Below, piece after piece: positions 47,604-52,986 of a DNA stretch of 52,986 nt (positions within the stretch are counted from its first letter, which is position 1; each line of letters starts with the position of its first letter). Origin of the DNA: a virus (Duplodnaviria; Caudoviricetes); IMG/VR virus record IMGVR_UViG_3300025112_000017, positions 1 to 52,986 of that record. One strand, 5' to 3'. The notes beneath the pieces were generated by a model that was not told the origin of the DNA, ran no database searches, and saw only the letters and a list, made by a program, of their open reading frames with translations. The translations under genes and the position numbers were made by a program.

Positions 47604-47831
47604 TTGAAGACATTTGAGTTTACGTTCAAAGCGGTTGGCTACGGAGCCGACGCAGACGAAGCGCTTGAGAATATACTGACCTCCATAAAGGAGAGCCCGG
47701 AAGGAACCATTGAACCAGACGTAGTGTTCGAGGAGATACCCCCCGACGCCGCCTGCCTTGCCCTCCAGGAAACCCTAAGGACAGTCTCTAAACACATGCT
47801 TCCTTGGAACACCGCCACCGGTAAGGCGTAA
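47604..47831 (+). CDS. acidic hypothetical protein
   Basis: AAGGAG RBS + TTG start after the tRNA. Confidence 0.6.
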   Translation: MKTFEFTFKAVGYGADADEALENILTSIKESPEGTIEPDVVFEEIPPDAACLALQETLRTVSKHMLPWNTATGKA

Positions 47832-47887
47832 AGGCAAGCCAGTACCGCCAGACGTAGCGCACTCTAATGACAAGACAGTTGTTTCTA

Positions 47888-48214
47888 TACTAGTAGAGTT
47901 CCTAGTAACCATACGTATTCTACTAGTGGATACTGTTGCTATAATTTAATTAACCACAGTTACAACAAGCAAGATAATTAACAGTTGCTACTAGTAAGAA
48001 CCCCAGTGACATACGTATAGGTACCAGAGGGTAAAGTGTTATAGGTCCTGTATCCTTGTCAAGGGCAAAAGCAAGCTGGTTTTACAAAGTATTACTTTTA
48101 GATACAACCAGTGACCTACGTGTAAGGACTAACCCCAATCGCAATACCCCCATTACGGAAGACGCTCTTCTTGTATTCAGTATATTTTTTATGAGAGGTG
48201 TATAGATACTAGTA
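47888..48214. repeat. AT-rich region with repeated TACTAGTA-type palindromes
   Basis: Copies or variants at 47888, 47901, 47921, 47989, 48207. Confidence 0.6.
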
Positions 48215-48232
48215 GTATGGGGGCATGGGGGG

Positions 48233-48443
48233 GCGTGCACGGGTGCGGGGGCGCGCGTACGGGGGCGTGCGCGTGTGTGTGCCCGCATGCGCAAGCGCCT
48301 GCCCACGTATGTGTGCGCATGTGCCCACGTATGCCTGCGTGTGTGTGCGCATGTGAGCGTATGTGCGTGTACGTGTGTGTGCATGTACGTATGTGTGCAC
48401 GCAAGCGCCTGTGTGTGCACGTGTGGGTGCCTGTGTGCACGTG
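48233..48443. repeat. RY-alternating tract 1
   Basis: 47 nt of uninterrupted alternation at 48357-48403. Confidence 0.9.
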
Positions 48444-48550
48444 AAAGGGTGATTTATGCCGATTTTGACACTATTAGACCCTCTCCTACCGGTATCCGCA
48501 CCGCATTAGAACCCCCTGCATAGCCCGTAAAGCCCTATAGCTGCCCCGTG

Positions 48551-48620
48551 AAGGCCCTTGTCAGTCCTTAGGTATACCATGACATAGGTTTAGCCCCTTG
48601 CGAGCCCTTGAGAGGCCTTG
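48551..48620. repeat. 10-bp phased CCTTG-ending repeats
   Basis: aaggcccttg, tcagtcctta, tagccccttg, cgagcccttg, agaggccttg in exact 10-bp register. Confidence 0.6.
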
Positions 48621-48665
48621 TAGCGCTTGCTTTGCCGAAACCAGGGTACCAATAAGGCCCAGAAC

Positions 48666-48699
48666 AAAAAAAAGGCCCCACCCGGATAGGTGAGACCTT
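48666..48699 (-). terminator. rho-independent terminator
   Basis: AGGTCTCACC/GGTGGGGCCT stem followed by a T-run, downstream of 48794. Confidence 0.8.
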
Positions 48700-48793
48700 G
48701 AATTCTGTTAGCTACTTTATGGAATAAATAGCCAAGCTATTGCAGCTACGTAGGCCATCCACAGCAGAACCGTGGCAGCCATAAGCACCGCTT

Positions 48794-49360
48794 TCATTGA
48801 AGCTTGGCCATCTGCGCTTGAATAGCTGTCATCTGGTCAGCAAGTGCTTTCAAAAGCTCCTGGTTGCCTGCCTTGGGCGCTACCTTGCGGCGTTGGGCTT
48901 TACGCCTTTTGTCGCTGTCGTACTCGATAGGCTTTGCTTTGGGTGCTTTCTTTGGTGCTTTCTTAAGCGATACCTTAGGCTTTACTTTGGCCTTAGGCGC
49001 TTGCTTTGGTGCCTCTGTCAAGATGAGACCTCCGTCCGTCGAACGGCTAACGCCCCAAGCCTCTAAGGTCGGCGTGTTGTGGCCGATAGACTCCCTAAAT
49101 AGCTGCTTGTCATAGCTACGTGAGCATTGGGAAGCATCTTTGTGGAGCATGCTAAACGAATGCCCTCCACGGCCTCGCATAAGCCGACCGATAGCCAATT
49201 CTCCGCTTTCGAATAGCTCGATAAGCTCATCGAGATCCTCCGCAAGGGCTTCGCCGCAACGACAGCAAACTAATTCCCCCTTAGGGAATGAATCTACAAT
49301 ATCCTCAATGGCTAACAGGCTTTGCGTCTGCTCTTTTGCTCGTCTAATTACTTTTCTCAT
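48794..49360 (-). CDS. CxxC protein with Lys/Ala/Pro-rich (histone H1-like) linker
   Basis: VCCRCG; APKQAPKAKVKPKVSLKKAPKKAPKAKP. Confidence 0.65.
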   Translation of the reverse strand: MRKVIRRAKEQTQSLLAIEDIVDSFPKGELVCCRCGEALAEDLDELIELFESGELAIGRLMRGRGGHSFSMLHKDASQCSRSYDKQLFRESIGHNTPTLEAWGVSRSTDGGLILTEAPKQAPKAKVKPKVSLKKAPKKAPKAKPIEYDSDKRRKAQRRKVAPKAGNQELLKALADQMTAIQAQMAKLQ

Positions 49361-49415
49361 TTTGTCCTACCTTTTAGGGTTTCCATCACCCGGTTTTGTC
49401 TGGCCGGTCATCGGC

Positions 49416-49434
49416 TGACAGCCTCAGCTTATCA
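49416..49434. promoter_or_regulatory. operator 4 TGACAGC-CTCAG-CTTATCA
   Basis: 18/19 identical to operator 3; upstream of 49360. Confidence 0.7.
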
Positions 49435-49489
49435 CTATCCGGCGAAAAAATTCAAGTTCTTTTGGTGCGCATTATGCGCAGGGAAAAGC

Positions 49490-49757
49490 CGCGTGTGTGC
49501 GCGTAGTGTCAGGAGACCGCCCGCCCCCATGCCTATGCATGTGTGCATGTGTGCATGTGTGTGTGTGCATGTGCGTGCGCCTGCATGTGCGCCTGCGCCT
49601 GTGCATGTGTGTGCGCGCCTGCCTGTGCGTGTGCGCGTGTGCGCCCGCTCGCCTGCCCGCGCCCGCTCGCGCCTGCGCCTGCGCGCCCGTGCCCGTGCGC
49701 GGGTGTGCGCCTGCGCACTTATATAATAGACACACACAGACACACACAGACACGCGC
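49490..49757. repeat. RY-alternating tract 2
   Basis: 47 nt of uninterrupted alternation at 49534-49580; ends in (GACACACACA)2GACAC. Confidence 0.9.
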
Positions 49758-49776
49758 CTACTTATAAAGTGAAGGC

Positions 49777-49822
49777 AAAAGAAAACCCCGATAGCTCAAG
49801 GACAATTGCTACCGAGGTCTTC
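49777..49822 (-). terminator. rho-independent terminator
   Basis: GACCTCGGTAGC/GCTATCGGGGTT stem followed by TTCTTTT. Confidence 0.65.
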
Positions 49823-49876
49823 TATCTAAGGAGTCGAGCGATGGACTCTCGAAACCTATAACATATCTTATAGCTG

Positions 49877-50035
49877 CTAACTATAAGTCTCACCTTCTTT
49901 AGGTGGAGTAGGTACGGACTGGTCTACCAGAACACCAGCGAAAAAAGCATTGGCCTCCTTATCAGACATTGGTCGAACCACCTTAGCTATCCACTTAAGG
50001 AAAGCTCTCTTCTCCTTAGGTGTCAGCCCTTCCAT
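49877..50035 (-). CDS. 52-aa hypothetical protein (not in ORF track)
   Basis: MEGLTPKEKRAFLKW...TYS*; TAATG coupling to the upstream gene. Confidence 0.55.
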   Translation of the reverse strand: MEGLTPKEKRAFLKWIAKVVRPMSDKEANAFFAGVLVDQSVPTPPKEGETYS

Positions 50036-50328
50036 TAGGCCACCGCCTTGTCAGCTTCGGATAGGTCTTCTTCTTTAGAGGGTACTGTCTCGACATCTAC
50101 GCTAACTGCTACAGTAGGGCCATCAGCTTTCCACTCCTTAGGCTGCGCAGTAAAGGCAACACCAGTAGCCTTCTCTTCTACCGACCAGTTCTCAGCATAG
50201 GTAGAACTACCAAAGAACTTAATCTTCATAGTCTTTACCTCTGTAAAAGTAACTGTTGCTACATAAGTGTGTGTGACTGGCTTGCCGTCCAAGCCTCTGA
50301 TTGACCGACTGATTGTTTTAAATCCCAT
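50035..50328 (-). CDS. hypothetical protein
   Basis: AGGAG RBS before MGFKTISR. Confidence 0.65.
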   Translation of the reverse strand: MGFKTISRSIRGLDGKPVTHTYVATVTFTEVKTMKIKFFGSSTYAENWSVEEKATGVAFTAQPKEWKADGPTVAVSVDVETVPSKEEDLSEADKAVA

Positions 50329-50400
50329 GATAATCTCCTGATTATAGTTTTGGGGTTGTTGGGTTGGTGAGATTACGGCTCTCACCAGGCCGTCCCTTCC

Positions 50401-52038
50401 CTACTGGAAGTACATTTGATTTACTTGCTTAGCCTTAGCTGCCAAGACTGGAACCAAGACACCGGCTTCCTTCTCTAAGGTAGCTGACTCAACCTCGTCC
50501 AAGAGACCTTCCCAGGCTCCTCTTGTAAGAGAGTTTACTAATGATTCTAAGGTGTTACCTTGTTCAAAGTCATACCCTACAGTAAGGGCCTCGACCAGAA
50601 CCTTGTCGGCAATAGCCTTGCCAATCTCTCCCTCTTGAATACCATAGTCAAGAGCATCAGTAACAGTCTCGAATCGCTGGCCCCAAAGCTCTACCTTATT
50701 GATAGGGGTTTCATTTAGATAGCCCCAGTCCTGAAGGAAGACATTGAAGCCAGCCTTTAGTGCTTCCATGTGAGATAGCATAGTCTCTTTGACATGAGAG
50801 ACATCTCCCATGTGACGAATCCGGAAAGTCGGAGCATACTTCTCATCTAAGATAATGAGATTCAAGCAAAGGTTACGGAAGCTAATTCCACCACCGTTGA
50901 TTGACCCCTTACCACTATCATTAGTACGGAACCGCATACCTACTTTGAATACGTCACCGGCTGCCAAGTCAGTGATAGTCTCCGGCATCCATAGGGCATC
51001 AAAGGTTACATTAGTGGTAGCAGGATTGTATGTTAGCTTACCTTTAGCACCAGTGAAGTCAATGCCAGCAGCTAAGTTAGCAGCTATCTCGTCGGCATCT
51101 ACTACTGCATAGTTAGGGCTGACCACACCAAACACTGACCGACCGTCACCGTTCAACCTTGTCCTTAGGTTTATAGTAGCGTCCTTATCTGCTTTGACTA
51201 CTTGCTTGTTCCATACATAGGCTCTAACGTCAGGGTCTAATGCCAAGAACTGGCGATAACCTGAAGGGAATAGCTGGTCACTTCGAGTACCTGTTAGGGT
51301 GTGAGGCGCTCGCATCTTACTTAGTAAGGCATTCAATCCCGCTTCCTCTAAGAAGATAGGTGCCTCACCAGGAATGTTCAGACCACCATCGTCATTCATA
51401 AGCAAGTCAGAAGAGAATACCTCTAAGTCTTCTCGCTGTTCTAATCGGACAGTAGAAGCCAAAGCCTCCAAAGCCTCCTTAGCTTCTGGCATATCACTGA
51501 ACGAGCTTCTAAACTCACGGAACCTTTTGTTCCCATCGTCCCTTACTCTTGTTCCCTTAGCAAAGATAGGGGGAGCATGAGAAATACCCATAGCAACTAA
51601 GGCTTCTTGATGACGGTCAATACGGTCCACCGCAATCTGGCTTACACCCTTTCCAGTTACCTCGTTACCATGAGAGTTAGAATAAGGCTTGAGTTCGCCG
51701 CTTTCGATTGCCTTGTTGACAGAGTCTTTGTACTCTTGAGAAGGTACATAAGGCACCGTCTCATCACCGCCTAAATGGTAAGCCTGCTCTGCTTCGTTCG
51801 TATCTACCTCATCTTCATCATCATAGTTATCTTCAGTAGAAGTAAACTCATTGACCGACTCACCAAGGGAATCCATGGCATCGTTGGTGGCCTCATAGTT
51901 ATCTTCAGAGGTATCTGAATCTCTATCAGGTACAAAGCGCAAGTCCTTGTTGAATCCTGAAGCTGCGAAAGTTTCCATAGCCTCTACCGTAGTACCAAAG
52001 TACTGTACTTCTCCTGTCCTATCATTTACAAGTCTCAT
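50401..52038 (-). CDS. DUF932-like protein with acidic N-terminal extension
   Basis: GVVSPNYAVVD and NDSGKGSI...FRNLCLN...RIRH motifs; GGAG RBS before 52038. Confidence 0.65.
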   Translation of the reverse strand: MRLVNDRTGEVQYFGTTVEAMETFAASGFNKDLRFVPDRDSDTSEDNYEATNDAMDSLGESVNEFTSTEDNYDDEDEVDTNEAEQAYHLGGDETVPYVPSQEYKDSVNKAIESGELKPYSNSHGNEVTGKGVSQIAVDRIDRHQEALVAMGISHAPPIFAKGTRVRDDGNKRFREFRSSFSDMPEAKEALEALASTVRLEQREDLEVFSSDLLMNDDGGLNIPGEAPIFLEEAGLNALLSKMRAPHTLTGTRSDQLFPSGYRQFLALDPDVRAYVWNKQVVKADKDATINLRTRLNGDGRSVFGVVSPNYAVVDADEIAANLAAGIDFTGAKGKLTYNPATTNVTFDALWMPETITDLAAGDVFKVGMRFRTNDSGKGSINGGGISFRNLCLNLIILDEKYAPTFRIRHMGDVSHVKETMLSHMEALKAGFNVFLQDWGYLNETPINKVELWGQRFETVTDALDYGIQEGEIGKAIADKVLVEALTVGYDFEQGNTLESLVNSLTRGAWEGLLDEVESATLEKEAGVLVPVLAAKAKQVNQMYFQ

Positions 52039-52108
52039 GATGAGTCTCCGTTGGCCGTAGCCGGTTTGGTTTGGTTTGACCGTGACATCCACTGCCCCGT
52101 TCAGTCCC

Positions 52109-52138
52109 TTTATAACGCCAGGCTATCAGAAAAGTCAA
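52109..52138 (-). promoter_or_regulatory. promoter TTGACT-N18-TATAAA overlapped by operator 5 (52110-52128, TTATAAC-GCCAG-GCTATCA)
   Basis: Same geometry as the promoter at 2068-2097. Confidence 0.7.
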
Positions 52139-52189
52139 CAAAATAGTTTGGACAGGCTCTCGGTACAACGAAAAAAGTTTTCCACAAAA

Positions 52190-52394
52190 TGTGTGTGTAT
52201 GTGTGTTGAGTGTGCATCTGTGTATATGCTTATGCATACGCTCTTGTACCTGTGTATGTGCGCACGTGTCTATGTGTATATGTGTGTGTATATGTATGTG
52301 TATGTGCGCGCTCGCCTGTGCCTGCGCACGCCCGTGTCTGCGTGAGGCAGTGTGCCTGCATGCTTGACACACACAGACACACGGACACACACAC
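52190..52394. repeat. RY-alternating tract 3
   Basis: 41 nt of uninterrupted alternation at 52271-52311; ends in a GACACACACAGACACAC block. Confidence 0.9.
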
Positions 52395-52509
52395 TGCTAG
52401 AAGAAAACTCCCCACAGAAGTATGAAGGAGAACACTACAGTAGCTAATGGAGAACCGCTCTCCATTGTTAGGGCTCCCTGAATTACTATCCCCATAACTA
52501 AACAAAACC

Positions 52510-52764
52510 CTAACATAGCTTTGGAAAGCTAATGCAGGCACCTCTTAGGTTAGGGTCCTTGAATAGAGAGTCAGGAGGTAGGCTGATAATGATGCGGTTT
52601 AGTTTATCATTGACCGTCTCCATGTCTAAGTTATTGTAAAGGTTATACTTTCTTTCACAGATACCACACTGCCAGACTTCATGCGTATCAGTTGTATCTA
52701 CAATAGAGACGTTGCTATGCCTAAGCTTCATGCCTTCAATGAAGGCCCTACGTTTCCCTTCCAT
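52510..52764 (-). CDS. small CxxC hypothetical protein
   Basis: AGGAGG RBS; WQCGIC. Confidence 0.65.
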   Translation of the reverse strand: MEGKRRAFIEGMKLRHSNVSIVDTTDTHEVWQCGICERKYNLYNNLDMETVNDKLNRIIISLPPDSLFKDPNLRGACISFPKLC

Positions 52765-52773
52765 GATTACCTC

Positions 52774-52977
52774 CTATGGATTGTCTGGAATAGATTGTAG
52801 CTTAGCTTGAACCTCAGACAAGGAGTCAACCAAGTCCACTATCTTGCTTTCAAGGGAGAGCTTTCCGCTTCGGCTGATACTCTTGACGGGTCCTGTTCCT
52901 AAGAGCAGCCCCACTACAGTATGCAGTTCGTCTTGAGAGTATCGTATGCGATCCCAACCAAAGACTTTGTAGGGGTG
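52774..52977 (-). CDS. 3' part of the junction-spanning hypothetical protein
   Basis: Open frame continuous with 123->1; TAG stop overlaps the RBS of the next gene. Confidence 0.7.
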   Translation of the reverse strand, partial: HPYKVFGWDRIRYSQDELHTVVGLLLGTGPVKSISRSGKLSLESKIVDLVDSLSEVQAKLQSIPDNP

Positions 52978-52986
52978 TTCGCCCTT

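Noticed and set aside
48033-48062. Minus-strand TTGACA with nearby TATAAC
   Set aside because: Spacer is only 13 nt and there is no credible downstream gene
48082-48523. ORFs rich in HT/CV/AR dipeptides over RY tract 1 (likewise 49322-49772 and 52022-52541)
   Set aside because: By-products of stop-poor dinucleotide tracts; open in many frames on both strands, no RBS
52978-52986. 9-bp terminal repeat as a biological cos end or DTR
   Set aside because: Falls mid-gene; better explained as residual assembly overlap of a circular contig

Overview
The window looks like a complete, circularly permuted ~53 kb tailed-phage genome of podovirus type. Bases 1-9 repeat at 52978-52986, and an intact gene reads across the junction. 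Modules: (i) a leftward accessory block (48.8-53 kb continuing into 1-3.4 kb: DUF932-like, DUF6927-like, Cys-rich and XRE-HTH genes); (ii) a mostly rightward replication/recombination block (DnaB-like helicase, Rad52/Sak annealase, Cas4-like PD-(D/E)XK nuclease, two SSB-like genes, RuvC-like resolvase, DnaG primase); (iii) a leftward virion block (putative receptor-binding and lysis genes, terminase, portal, scaffold, capsid, adaptor, tail tubular, ejection proteins and a 4276-aa polyvalent protein); (iv) a short rightward block with tRNA-Asn(GTT). I recognised no DNA polymerase, integrase, Par system, reverse transcriptase or CRISPR array. The most unusual signals are non-coding. Three 200-270 bp degenerate purine/pyrimidine-alternating (Z-DNA-prone) tracts punctuate the accessory genes into tract-operator-gene(s)-terminator cassettes. 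A 19-bp palindromic operator (TGATARC-N5-GYTATCA) occurs at five intergenic sites. A ~1 kb gene-free region holds TACTAGTA palindromes, a G-quadruplex motif and 10-bp phased repeats. All protein calls come from motif recognition by eye, not from database searches.
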